64,000 nucleotides of DNA from Deltaproteobacteria bacterium (GTDB taxonomy: Bacteria; Myxococcota_A; Polyangia; Fen-1088). Location of the stretch: positions 128,001 to 192,000 of the forward strand of contig JANRKS010000002.1 of the NCBI GenBank assembly GCA_033763315.1, in the 5' to 3' direction. Position 1 is the stretch's first letter; every line of letters begins with the position of its first letter. The notes beneath the pieces were generated by a model that did not search any database, was not told where the DNA came from, and saw nothing but the letters and a program-made list of their open reading frames with translations. Made by a program: the position numbers and the translations under genes. This document shows, piece after piece, positions 47,033 to 55,943 of this stretch.

Positions 47033-48410
47033 GCGGCACCTCCTTCGTCTCTCGACGGGCGCCAACGTTACAGAGTCTCAGGAGCCACTCGCGCGTTCGT
47101 TGGTGACGGAGCCGCAGCAGCGCCCATGTCAGGAGCAACAGGTTCAAGGGCCAGCGTGCGGGTTGCCAGGCGCCGGTGGCTGCATAGCTGTCTATGACTT
47201 CGTAGGTCAGCGGATGCAGAGCGACCCACGCCATCACGTATGAACTGGGGGCCAGCGGTAGGACGGCCGCGAGGGGCATCAGATACCAGGGGAAAACCAC
47301 GGGACTTGCCAGCAGCGGGGTCGCAAGGGCCACCTGAAGGGCTCGATCGTGATGCCGTCGCTTGAGCTCAACCGAGAGCCAGACCAGGGCACCCGCCGCG
47401 AGCAAGAAACTCGCCCACGGGATCTGCCCGTCGACAAAGGGCGGTGGCGCTGTGGAAAAGAACGGAGAGCCGAAGCGCCACTTGCGGAAAAATGTCGCCA
47501 GCGAGCCCCCCGGCATGAAACCGAGCGCCACGGGCAGCATGTACCCGAACGAGAGCGTGGCGGCCAAGCACGTTGCAAAGGCGGCGCGTAGCTTGCCGGC
47601 CTTGCCTAGGCAGGCGAAGAGCGCCAGCGCCACCAGTGCTGGCGTGAACTTCATCAAGATCGCAAGACCCAGGGCGACAGCGGCCGCTGCCGCTCGCGCG
47701 CGAGCCTGGTGCCGCGCTCCAGGCGGGAGAATGGCGAAGCTGAGGGTAAGAAAGAGCGCGACGAAGACGTCAACGTGCGCGCCGACGGCGGCTTCGAGTA
47801 TCAGGAGCGGAGACAGGCTCACCAGTACGAGGTGTTGGCTCGCGCCCCGCTTGCGCAGGATGAAGGCCATCAGCAGCAGTGACGCGATCGAGGCCGCAGC
47901 GCATAGCGCCTTCCAGAGCGGCAGGGCCAAATCAGGGCCCGCATGTGCACAGAGCGAGAACAGCGCCAGCGCGAGAGGCGGGTATAGCGTGGGGACGTCG
48001 CGGTTGTCGGGTGGCGGAGCAAATGTGTCTTGCCCGCGAAGGGAGAGGGCGCGTTCTGCCTGGGCCGGGGTCAGGCGATAGGGATCGAGGCCTGCGGCAG
48101 CGACGTGCCCGTCCCAGATGTAACGGTGGACGTCATTGCTCGTGAACGGCTGCGTTCCGGCGAGGGAGAGGCGGAGCACGATGCCGACGAGGAGCGATAC
48201 CCGTGTCGCCTTGCCGCTCAGCTCCCGGGTCGTGAGGCGCTGATGCAGCCGCCAGGCCGCGATCCAGAAGAACGCGGCCAACAGCGAAGCCCCGCCATAG
48301 CCTGCCCCTCTGTGGGCGGGCCAGGTGGCGATCACGGGGATCGTCAAGAGTGTGCCTCCACACGCGAGAACCGCCAGCCCGAACGAGCGGGCCGCGCCCG
48401 CCTCGCTCAC
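47007..48410 (-). CDS. GT87-like (GT-C) membrane glycosyltransferase
   Basis: SNDVHRYIWDG, DPY, YPP, H.D, PVVFPWY; many TM helices. Confidence 0.8.
   Translation of the reverse strand: MSEAGAARSFGLAVLACGGTLLTIPVIATWPAHRGAGYGGASLLAAFFWIAAWRLHQRLTTRELSGKATRVSLLVGIVLRLSLAGTQPFTSNDVHRYIWDGHVAAAGLDPYRLTPAQAERALSLRGQDTFAPPPDNRDVPTLYPPLALALFSLCAHAGPDLALPLWKALCAAASIASLLLMAFILRKRGASQHLVLVSLSPLLILEAAVGAHVDVFVALFLTLSFAILPPGARHQARARAAAAAVALGLAILMKFTPALVALALFACLGKAGKLRAAFATCLAATLSFGYMLPVALGFMPGGSLATFFRKWRFGSPFFSTAPPPFVDGQIPWASFLLAAGALVWLSVELKRRHHDRALQVALATPLLASPVVFPWYLMPLAAVLPLAPSSYVMAWVALHPLTYEVIDSYAATGAWQPARWPLNLLLLTWALLRLRHQRTREWLLRLCNVGARRETKEVPHATASRGP
47047..47072 (-). promoter_or_regulatory. ECF promoter TGTAAC-N16-AGAC inside 3' end of upstream gene
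   Basis: Followed directly by RBS and ATG 47032. Confidence 0.75.
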
Positions 48411-49120
48411 GATCCCGTCCGCGAAGGTCGCAGGGCCAGCGAATCGTGGCGCGCCAGCCAGCCGATGATCTTGTAGGCTGCCCCCAGGGTGCCGCGAAGC
48501 GTGCCAGATACCTTGGAGCGTCCCAGCCTCCGTCTGTACCGTACCGGCACCTCCTTGTAACGCAGGCCGTGCCGGGCCGCCTTGATCTGCATCTCCACCG
48601 TCCAGCCGTAGTCGCGATCACGCATCTCGAGCGCATCGAGCGCGGACCTCCGGATCGCGCGGAACGGGCCGAGGTCGGTGGCGTGAAGGCCAAAACGGCG
48701 ACGGAGCCAGTTGGCGGCAATCCAGTTGCCGAGGCGCTGGGCGGGCGCGAGCGATCCTGGTTCGGCGAGTCCGAGCACGCGCGAGCCCACGACCATGTCG
48801 GCCGTGTCTGCCAGCAAGGGGGCGAGCAAGGCAGGCAAACTCGCCGGATCGTCGCTGCCGTCGCCGTCTGCGAACACCACGAGGTCGGTGTCTGGCGGCA
48901 ACGCGGCGATCCCAGCGAGGCAGGCGGCGCCATAGCCGCGCTCGGGCTGATGGACCACGCGGGCCCCAGCCGCAGACGCGCGCTCCGCCGTACGATCATG
49001 ACTGCCGTTGTCGACGACGATGACCTCGCGAACCGAATCCACGCGTAGCCCCGATACCACGCCCGCGATGGCAGCTTCCTCGTCGAGGGCGGGGATGATG
49101 ACGCTGACTTTCGCCGACAA
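48407..49120 (-). CDS. GT2 (polyprenol-phosphate-type) glycosyltransferase
   Basis: IPALDEE, VDNGS.D, GYGAAC, DGDGS, TDLGPFRA, GWTVEMQ; start uncertain. Confidence 0.88.
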   Translation of the reverse strand: MSAKVSVIIPALDEEAAIAGVVSGLRVDSVREVIVVDNGSHDRTAERASAAGARVVHQPERGYGAACLAGIAALPPDTDLVVFADGDGSDDPASLPALLAPLLADTADMVVGSRVLGLAEPGSLAPAQRLGNWIAANWLRRRFGLHATDLGPFRAIRRSALDALEMRDRDYGWTVEMQIKAARHGLRYKEVPVRYRRRLGRSKVSGTLRGTLGAAYKIIGWLARHDSLALRPSRTGS

Positions 49121-49133
49121 GGTCGTGCCCCGC

Positions 49134-50654
49134 TCAGCGCCGCTTGGCAAGCAACCAGGTGAAGAATCGCCGGACCCCGGGGGTGAGCCGTGTGCGGCTG
49201 TGGGCATCTGCCAGCTTCTTGATGACCTCCGACTGGGTGGGGTACGGGTGGATGGTCTGCGCGATCTGTCCCATGGTGATCCCCGCGGTCATGGCGAGAC
49301 TCAACTCGGCGATCATCTCGCCCGCGTGGCGGGCGACGATCGTGGCGCCGAGGATGCGCCCCTTGCGGTCGACGTGAACGCGCGCAAAGCCGTCTGTGTC
49401 ACCCTCGAGAATGGCGCGGTCGACGTCCTTCATCGGGATGGTGAGGGTCGCGACGTCAGTGTTTGCGTCCGCCTGTTTCTGGTTGATGCCGACATGGGCG
49501 ACCTCGGGATCCGTGTAGGTCGCCCATGGCACGATCAGGCTGTCCGTTCGCGCCCGCCCGAAGAAGAGCGCGTTGCGAAGCACGATGCGCGCCATGGCGT
49601 CGGCGGCATGGGTGAACTGATATTGCCCAGCCACATCGCCGGCCGCGAAGATGCGCCGGTTGCTGGTGCGCAGGCGGGCGTCGACCCGCACCCCTTTGCG
49701 GTGATCGAACTCCACACCCGCCGCCTCGAGGCCTACGTCGTCGACATTGGGGGCGCGACCGGCCGCGACCAAGATGGCGTCGACGATCACGGTTGAATCG
49801 GGGCCACCCTGCGCGCGGGTGAAGGTGATGCACTTGCCTCCGTCCACGCGCTCCACACGTTTGATCGAAGTGCCGAGCGCCAGCGTGATGCCTTCTCGTT
49901 CGAACGCCGCGCGTACGAGTGCGGCGGCGTCGGCGTCTTCGCGTGGAAGCAGCTGATCGTCGATGGCCAGGACGGTCACCGCGGCACCAAAGCGCCGGAA
50001 GGCTTGGGCCAGCTCGCAGCCGATGGGGCCCGCGCCGATGACGGCAAGCCGGCGCGGCAGCTCGGTGAGCGAGAACACCGTCTCGTTGGTGAGACTGCCT
50101 GCCTCGGCCAATCCCGGAATGGGCGGCAGCATCGCGCGGGCACCGGTCGCGATCACGGCGCGTGCGAAACGCAGTGTCCGTCCGCCGACCTCCAAGGTGT
50201 CGGGCCCCGTGAAGCGACCGGCGCCGAGGAAGACGTCCACACCCAGCTTCTGGAACCGGGCGGCCCCGTCGTTGGGGGCGATGTCGGCGCGCAGCTTCCG
50301 CATGCGCGCCATCGCGTGCGAGAAGGAGATGCCCGGATCGCCTGCCAGGGTCACGCCGAAGTTTCCGGCAGCACGGGCCGCGTGAATGGCGCCCGCCGCG
50401 CGTAGCACGGCCTTCGACGGCACGCAGCCCACGTTGAGGCAGTCGCCGCCCATGAGATGGCGTTCGACCAGGGCCACCTTGGCGCCGAGCCCGGCGGCCC
50501 CCGCAGCCGAGACCAGGCCCGCGGTCCCCGCCCCCAGCACCACGAGGTTGTAGCGATCCGCGGGTTCGGGATTGGTCCAGTCCGCGGGGTGAACGGCCGC
50601 GAGCAGGCGTTGATTGCTGTCGTCTTCAGGTTCGAGTCGCAGTGCGGGTTGCAT
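49134..50654 (-). CDS. Pyridine nucleotide-disulfide oxidoreductase (MerA/LpdA-like, no C-terminal Cys pair)
   Basis: GAGTAG, GGDCLNVGCVPSK, GAGPIG, HPYPT. Confidence 0.9.
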   Translation of the reverse strand: MQPALRLEPEDDSNQRLLAAVHPADWTNPEPADRYNLVVLGAGTAGLVSAAGAAGLGAKVALVERHLMGGDCLNVGCVPSKAVLRAAGAIHAARAAGNFGVTLAGDPGISFSHAMARMRKLRADIAPNDGAARFQKLGVDVFLGAGRFTGPDTLEVGGRTLRFARAVIATGARAMLPPIPGLAEAGSLTNETVFSLTELPRRLAVIGAGPIGCELAQAFRRFGAAVTVLAIDDQLLPREDADAAALVRAAFEREGITLALGTSIKRVERVDGGKCITFTRAQGGPDSTVIVDAILVAAGRAPNVDDVGLEAAGVEFDHRKGVRVDARLRTSNRRIFAAGDVAGQYQFTHAADAMARIVLRNALFFGRARTDSLIVPWATYTDPEVAHVGINQKQADANTDVATLTIPMKDVDRAILEGDTDGFARVHVDRKGRILGATIVARHAGEMIAELSLAMTAGITMGQIAQTIHPYPTQSEVIKKLADAHSRTRLTPGVRRFFTWLLAKRR

Positions 50655-51360
50655 GTCGTTCGCTGTTCTCGAGCTCGCGGGCGAGGGCCCGGCGCGCGGT
50701 GCGGGTGATGAGCACGGTCACGAGCACGGTTGCGCCGAGCCCGACCCAGTAGAAGGCGCTGGTTGCGCCGGCAGCGCCGCTTCCGGCGCCCCGCGCCTGC
50801 AGTAGCTGACTCGCGTTGGTGACCAGCGAGCCGAGATAGACGTAGAGGAAAGTGCCGGGAAGCATGCCGACCAGAGAGCCGGCGATATAGGCGGGCAGCG
50901 ACACCCGGGTGAGGCCCAGGCTGTAGTTCAGCAAGTTGAATGGCAGAATCGGGGACAGGCGCAACAAGAAGACGATCTTGAAGCCGCCCTCACCGATGGC
51001 CTTGTCGAGCGCCGCGAAGCGAGGTCGACCGGCGAGCTTCTTCGCCACCCAGCCTCGCGCGACGAAGCGCCCGACCAAGAACGCGAGCGTGGCCCCGACG
51101 ACGCTGGCAGGCGACACCACCAGCGTGCCGAGCAGTGGTCCGTAGAGAAACCCGGACCCGAGCGTGAGCACGGACCCGGGGAGCATGAACACCGTCGCCA
51201 GTACGTAAGCGACTCCGAAGACGACCGCGCCGAGCGCCCCGAGGCCCCGCACCCACTCGACGAAGGCGAGCAGCCAGGCGGTCACGGGCAGGGTCACCAG
51301 CGCGACGATGGCGGCTACGGCCACCAGCGCGGCCACGATTGCTTTGTACTTGCCCGTCAC
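50626..51360 (-). CDS. TVP38/TMEM64 (DedA/VTT) membrane protein
   Basis: LPGS.LT..G.L.G..RLSP..PFN..NY..G. Confidence 0.9.
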   Translation of the reverse strand: MTGKYKAIVAALVAVAAIVALVTLPVTAWLLAFVEWVRGLGALGAVVFGVAYVLATVFMLPGSVLTLGSGFLYGPLLGTLVVSPASVVGATLAFLVGRFVARGWVAKKLAGRPRFAALDKAIGEGGFKIVFLLRLSPILPFNLLNYSLGLTRVSLPAYIAGSLVGMLPGTFLYVYLGSLVTNASQLLQARGAGSGAAGATSAFYWVGLGATVLVTVLITRTARRALARELENSERHATRTATRT

Positions 51361-51378
51361 GATGCCCTCAACGCCGTG

Positions 51379-52575
51379 TTAGCAGCAGCCGTCGCCGGGA
51401 CCGCAGGTCGCGGCGGCCGCTTCGGTCGTGGCGTCGTAGTCCTGGCCCTTGGTTTCGCGAGGGTGTCGGGTCAGCATGCCGCCCGTGCAAGGGAAGGGGG
51501 GCGCCTCTTCGAGCGGGATGAGGTCCCGCGGGGGCACGAGGTCGAAGTGTTCGCGATAGGGCGCGCGGCTGTAGATGCCGTAGGTCTTCTCGCAGACGGC
51601 GACGCGCGCGCCCCGGCGAAGCACGTGCCCGTCATCGTCCTGCACTTCACGGAACGGCCCCCGGTAGATGACGGCGTGCTTTTGGTCCAGGCACGGACCG
51701 TCCTTGCCCTTGTAGGCCGCGATCGTGACGCTGCGGAACTCGATGCCCTCGACGGTCCGCCAGGGCGCCTCGGCCCGAGAGAGCACCGTGATGCCGTGAA
51801 ATCCCGCCCTCTCGAATTCGGACAACAGCTCGTCCTCGCGGAAGGCGCCGGAGATGCACCCGCTCCAGAGGTCGGGGTCTTGGCGCAGGCGTTCGGGGAC
51901 GTCCTCGTCGCACACGATGTCCGAGATGACCGCGCGTCCCCCCCGGCGCAGCACCCGGTAGATTTCGCTGAAGAGGCGACTCTTGTCCGACGGACGGACC
52001 AGGTTGAGCACGCAGTTCGAGATGACGACATCAACGCTGTCCGCGGGCACGAGCGGCTCCTGCGATCGCAGTCGGTCCATCTCGGCCTCGAACCGTGCGA
52101 GGTCGTCAACGCCGCGCACGGGCTTTCCGGCCAGGTAGGCGTCGACTGCGTCGACGTCGAGGGCGAGGTCCTGAATTTTTCCTTTGCGGAAGCTCACGTT
52201 GCCGTACCCGAGGGCGCCCGCGACGACGGGAGCGCTCTTGCGCGCTAACGTCAACATCTCGTCGTTCATGTCGACCCCAATCACTTGACCACGCGGCCCT
52301 ACCACTTGCGCGGCCATGAAACACGCCTTACCCGTGCCGGAGCCGAGATCCAGCACGACCTCTCCTTGCCGGATGTGTTCCACGGGATTTCCGCAGCCGT
52401 AATCGCGTTCGATGACCTCCTGCGGGATGACCTCGAGGAGCTTGGGATCATAGGTGGACGTCGTGGGGCAACAAAGAGCGTCCTCGCGCGTCGCGGCTGC
52501 GCGGCTGTAGCGGTCGAAAACGGCTGCTTCCTCGGTGGGGGCGTTCGGGCGGGAGCTTCCGGAGATGTGGTCCAT
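51379..52575 (-). CDS. arsM: Arsenite methyltransferase (ArsM)-like protein
   Basis: ALCCP, YGCG, LDLGSG.G, SNCVLNL, WSGCISGA, C-terminal CC. Confidence 0.8.
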   Translation of the reverse strand: MDHISGSSRPNAPTEEAAVFDRYSRAAATREDALCCPTTSTYDPKLLEVIPQEVIERDYGCGNPVEHIRQGEVVLDLGSGTGKACFMAAQVVGPRGQVIGVDMNDEMLTLARKSAPVVAGALGYGNVSFRKGKIQDLALDVDAVDAYLAGKPVRGVDDLARFEAEMDRLRSQEPLVPADSVDVVISNCVLNLVRPSDKSRLFSEIYRVLRRGGRAVISDIVCDEDVPERLRQDPDLWSGCISGAFREDELLSEFERAGFHGITVLSRAEAPWRTVEGIEFRSVTIAAYKGKDGPCLDQKHAVIYRGPFREVQDDDGHVLRRGARVAVCEKTYGIYSRAPYREHFDLVPPRDLIPLEEAPPFPCTGGMLTRHPRETKGQDYDATTEAAAATCGPGDGCC

Positions 52576-52596
52576 TGGCGTGTCCTGTGACGCTAC

Positions 52597-52622
52597 GTCT
52601 CGGGCCGCGGAGAAACGTTACA
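52597..52622 (-). promoter_or_regulatory. ECF promoter TGTAAC-N16-AGAC
   Basis: Upstream of arsM operon. Confidence 0.8.
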
Positions 52623-52645
52623 AACGCTGTTCGCGATCTCGCCCG

Positions 52646-52671
52646 TGTAACGTTCGCGCGGCTGGCGGAAC
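52646..52671 (+). promoter_or_regulatory. ECF promoter TGTAAC-N16-GAAC
   Basis: Divergent partner, upstream of 52695. Confidence 0.65.
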
Positions 52672-52694
52672 AGACTTGACAAGGACGTGAGATC

Positions 52695-52922
52695 TTGACC
52701 ACCCGCTCCGATTCAAAGCCGCCCCGCTATCACGGCATCCAGGTCTTCTCGGCGACACGCGCGCGCGAGCGTGACCTGCTCGATCTGCGCATCAACGAAT
52801 GGATTCGTGTCAACCCGACCCGCACCGTGGTGGCGTGCAAGGTGCTGCAATCGTCCGACCAGAAGTACCACTGCCTTTCGGCGGTGCTGTTCTGGGCGGA
52901 ACCTGATGCCCCAGCACGGTGA
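52695..52922 (+). CDS. Small hypothetical protein
   Basis: AAGGA RBS; VFSATRARER..QSSD..HCLS pattern recalled from myxobacterial small proteins. Confidence 0.6.
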   Translation: MTTRSDSKPPRYHGIQVFSATRARERDLLDLRINEWIRVNPTRTVVACKVLQSSDQKYHCLSAVLFWAEPDAPAR

Positions 52923-54570
52923 CGGGCGAATCTGGCCGAGAGGACCTCCGTTCATGAGCAAAGCGGATACATCGGCTCGAGGGGGGCGCCCGGACCGGCT
53001 ATTGCTGGCGCGGGTCGCGGATGGCAGCGTCGCAGGTCGGCTTTGTTCGATCGTCGCCGAGGAGGCCGGCATCGACGGCCTCCCCGAGGAACTCCACGTC
53101 GAGACGCTGCAACGATTGAAGGCGCTGGTTGCGGTGCTGGGGATCCTTCACGTGGTGCCGCTCGCGGTCGAGAGCTACCACTGGTGGGGCGGCCGCTCCG
53201 CAGACCTCGCGACCGTCGCGGCCGTGTTGGGACACGGCGCAGGACTCGTGATGGCGGCCAGTTTCCTGATGCTGTTGCTTGCTTGCCGCATGGGGCTCGG
53301 GCGGGCGCTGGACCTGGCGTTGGCGTTCCAGGTCGTGACGAGCTTTGCGTTCGCCAGCACCGAGCGCGCGCACCGGCCGGGCGCCATTTCCGTCGTCGCC
53401 ATCGTCATCCTGGTCTTCGCTCTATTCGTGCCGCGCAACCCGCGCAAAACCATGGTAGCAGCGTTCTCTTCGGCGCTGACCGTGCCGCCCGCCCACCTGC
53501 TGGTCGAGTCGACGGAGCAGGGGGCCACGGGATGGCTGTTCCCTCTGGCCGTCAATCTCGCGGTGGCTGCCATCGCGATCGTCCCCGCGACCGTCGTTTC
53601 GAGCCTGGCGAAGGCGCTCGACTCCGCCCGCCGCATGGGCAGCTACGAGCTGGTCGAGAAGATCGGTGCGGGCGGTATGGGGGAAGTGTGGAGGGCGCAC
53701 CATCGCATGCTGCGGAGACCAGCGGCCGTCAAAATCGTCAAGCCGGCGGCGGCACGGGACGCCGTGGCGCTGACACGCGCCCGTTTGCGCTTCGAGCGTG
53801 AGGCCCAGGTGATAGCCGAGCTCGAGTCGGAGCACACGGTCCGTATCTTCGACTTTGGCGCCACCTCGGATGGGGGGCTGTTCTACGTGATGGAGCTGCT
53901 GTCGGGACTGGACCTCGAGTCGCTGGTTCGGACCCACGGTCCCATGCCACCTGAGAGGGTGGTGTATCTGATGGCGCAGGCGTGTGATTCCCTGGCCGAC
54001 GCACACCTACACGGGGTCATTCACCGGGATGTAAAGCCCGCGAACATTTTTGTCGCGCGAACGAGCACCATGGCGGACTTCATCAAGGTGCTCGATTTCG
54101 GCGTCGCGGCCTCGGTGACCGAAGGGCAGGCGGGGGTGACCCTGACGGCCGAAAATGCCGTGGTGGGAAGTCCAGCCTTTCTAGCCCCGGAGATGGTGCT
54201 CGGGGCGGAGCGCCCTGATCCCCGCTCGGATGTGTACGCCATTGGCTGTGTGATGTATTTCCTGCTGGCCGGCAATACCGTGTTTCAGGCGGCTTCAGCC
54301 ATGGAGATGGCGATCGCCCACGTGAACAAGGAGCCGGGGCGGGCCTCGGCGCTCGCACCCGGTCCGGTGCCGGTCTGGCTGGACGATCTCATCGCGGAGT
54401 GCTTGCGCAAGCATCCCGCGGCGCGCCCGCGCGACATGCAGGAGCTTCGTCAGCGTCTGCTCCAAGAACACCTCCCGAACCCGTGGACCGAGGAGCGAGC
54501 GCGGGGCTGGTGGGTAGCGCACGGCAAGCGAGCCGGCGCCAAGCAATCCCCGCGAAGGGTGGCGGTGTAA
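52906..54570 (+). CDS. Membrane-anchored Ser/Thr protein kinase
   Basis: About six TM helices, then IGAGGMGEV, AVK, HRDVKPAN, DFG, APE; start uncertain. Confidence 0.9.
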   Translation: MPQHGDGRIWPRGPPFMSKADTSARGGRPDRLLLARVADGSVAGRLCSIVAEEAGIDGLPEELHVETLQRLKALVAVLGILHVVPLAVESYHWWGGRSADLATVAAVLGHGAGLVMAASFLMLLLACRMGLGRALDLALAFQVVTSFAFASTERAHRPGAISVVAIVILVFALFVPRNPRKTMVAAFSSALTVPPAHLLVESTEQGATGWLFPLAVNLAVAAIAIVPATVVSSLAKALDSARRMGSYELVEKIGAGGMGEVWRAHHRMLRRPAAVKIVKPAAARDAVALTRARLRFEREAQVIAELESEHTVRIFDFGATSDGGLFYVMELLSGLDLESLVRTHGPMPPERVVYLMAQACDSLADAHLHGVIHRDVKPANIFVARTSTMADFIKVLDFGVAASVTEGQAGVTLTAENAVVGSPAFLAPEMVLGAERPDPRSDVYAIGCVMYFLLAGNTVFQAASAMEMAIAHVNKEPGRASALAPGPVPVWLDDLIAECLRKHPAARPRDMQELRQRLLQEHLPNPWTEERARGWWVAHGKRAGAKQSPRRVAV

Positions 54571-54591
54571 CAAATCTGCGGGGCAACGTAC
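54566..54591 (+). promoter_or_regulatory. ECF promoter TGTAAC-N16-GTAC
   Basis: Upstream of CKGKDG peptide gene. Confidence 0.75.
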
Positions 54592-54645
54592 TTCATGTTC
54601 AAGGGCATCGATTGCCAATGACTCGACAAGACAGGAGATGACGTG

Positions 54646-54852
54646 ATGACCAAGAAGGGTACTTTGATCGCGACGCTGGCGGCGGGCCTGTTGGCTTCGG
54701 GGGCGCCTCTCGTGGCGCAGTCAGCTCAGGCAGACGAAGGCCGTTCGGAGATGGGGAAGGACAAGGACGGTTGCAAGGGCAAGGATGGTTGCAAGGGCAA
54801 GGACGGTTGCAAGGGCAAGGACGGCTGCAAGGGCAAGGACGGCAAGAAGTGA
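54646..54852 (+). CDS. Secreted Cys/Lys/Gly repeat peptide (RiPP-precursor-like)
   Basis: AGGAG RBS; signal peptide ending AQA; (KDGCKG)x4. Confidence 0.75.
   Translation: MTKKGTLIATLAAGLLASGAPLVAQSAQADEGRSEMGKDKDGCKGKDGCKGKDGCKGKDGCKGKDGKK
54763..54843 (+). repeat. 18-bp coding tandem repeat AAGGA(C/T)GG(T/C)TGCAAGGGC x4.5
   Basis: Read directly; differences among the four full units are synonymous. Confidence 0.9.
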
Positions 54853-54945
54853 ACTGAGGCCCTGGGCCGGTCCCGTGAAACCACGGTGACCGGCACCGGT
54901 CTCGCGGCGGCTGGCGCCTCGACTCACGTGCAAAGGACCGATGAT

Positions 54946-55482
54946 ATGAAAACTGCGTTGGTGGCGACGCTCGAGCGCGCTCATGCCTTGGCTGCCCGTT
55001 TCAGTTGGGTCGGCGCCTTGCTCGTGCGCATCAGCATCGGGCTCATGTTCTTCCAAACGGGTAAAGGCAAGCTGGGGAACATCGAGGGCACCACGGGTTT
55101 CTTCGAATCGCTGGGCATCCCAGCCCCGGGCTTCCACGCCGTGTTCGTCGGCGGCCTAGAGATGCTGGGCGGTCTTGCTTTGGTGCTGGGGCTAGGCACG
55201 CGCTACTTCGCCGTACCGCTGGCGATCACGATGGTTGTCGCCATGGCCACCGGGGGCGCGTTCAGTGAGACTCCTGAGGGACTCATGGACGTCGTCACTG
55301 CCTCGGAGTTCACCTACATGGTGATCTTGTTCTGGCTGGCAGCCACGGGCGCGGGGCGCGCGTCCCTCGACGGCCTCGTCGCGCGTGTGTTGCATGGCAC
55401 AAGCCGATCGGAGGCCGACTCGGGCGAAGGTGACCGGATTTCTCAAGGGGAGCAGGCGGGGGCCGCCATTGGCAGGCCGTAG
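54946..55482 (+). CDS. DoxX family membrane protein
   Basis: LLVRI..F..G..KL..F.SLGIP..E..GG..L.LG..TR..GAG..SLD. Confidence 0.9.
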   Translation: MKTALVATLERAHALAARFSWVGALLVRISIGLMFFQTGKGKLGNIEGTTGFFESLGIPAPGFHAVFVGGLEMLGGLALVLGLGTRYFAVPLAITMVVAMATGGAFSETPEGLMDVVTASEFTYMVILFWLAATGAGRASLDGLVARVLHGTSRSEADSGEGDRISQGEQAGAAIGRP

Positions 55483-55943
55483 AAGGCTCCAAGCGCGGCT
55501 CCGAACGCTGCGTGCGCGATGAACACCGATACCGCCGTTCGACTGCCGTAGTTGCGCGCCAGGAAACCGGGCGGCTCGAGCTGGCGTAGCTGTGTAGGTC
55601 CTTGTTGCTCGCTCGCCATCCGCGGGTGGAGTCCGGGCAAGATCCGCATCCCCGCCGTGAGCACGAATGACGCGTGCACGATGCCTACAGCCGTGCCGGC
55701 CCACCAGGTCGCGCGGTCCCAGGCATGAAATGCCGCCACGTAGAGCAGAGAGAAGACGAAACCATTCCCGAGGTGAACCATGAAGCCGACCAGCTTGGCG
55801 CGGTCGCGATCGGGCGTGAACATGACACCGAGCATGTACGGGAGGTTCATGCGGGTGAGGTGCAGTCCCTGGCTGCCCGCCATGATGGTCGTGAGGATGA
55901 CCGTGGCTACGAATCCCCACAACAGCCAGCTGATGATGTTCAC
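55443..55943 (-). CDS. Four-TM membrane protein with conserved His
   Basis: GFVAT..MT..H..NG..H..FG; resembles 57802-58356. Confidence 0.7.
   Translation of the reverse strand: MNIISWLLWGFVATVILTTIMAGSQGLHLTRMNLPYMLGVMFTPDRDRAKLVGFMVHLGNGFVFSLLYVAAFHAWDRATWWAGTAVGIVHASFVLTAGMRILPGLHPRMASEQQGPTQLRQLEPPGFLARNYGSRTAVSVFIAHAAFGAALGAFYGLPMAAPACSP

Noticed and set aside
49134-50654. True mercuric reductase merA
   Set aside because: Lacks the C-terminal Cys-Cys pair and NmerA domain; no merR/T/P nearby.
38588-52575. Selenocysteine recoding in ArsS, DUF3179 or ArsM
   Set aside because: All read through with Cys at the relevant motifs (e.g. GSSCGG); no in-frame TGA is needed.
54763-54843. CRISPR array
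   Set aside because: 18-bp units are contiguous, have no spacers and are in frame in a peptide gene; no cas genes seen.
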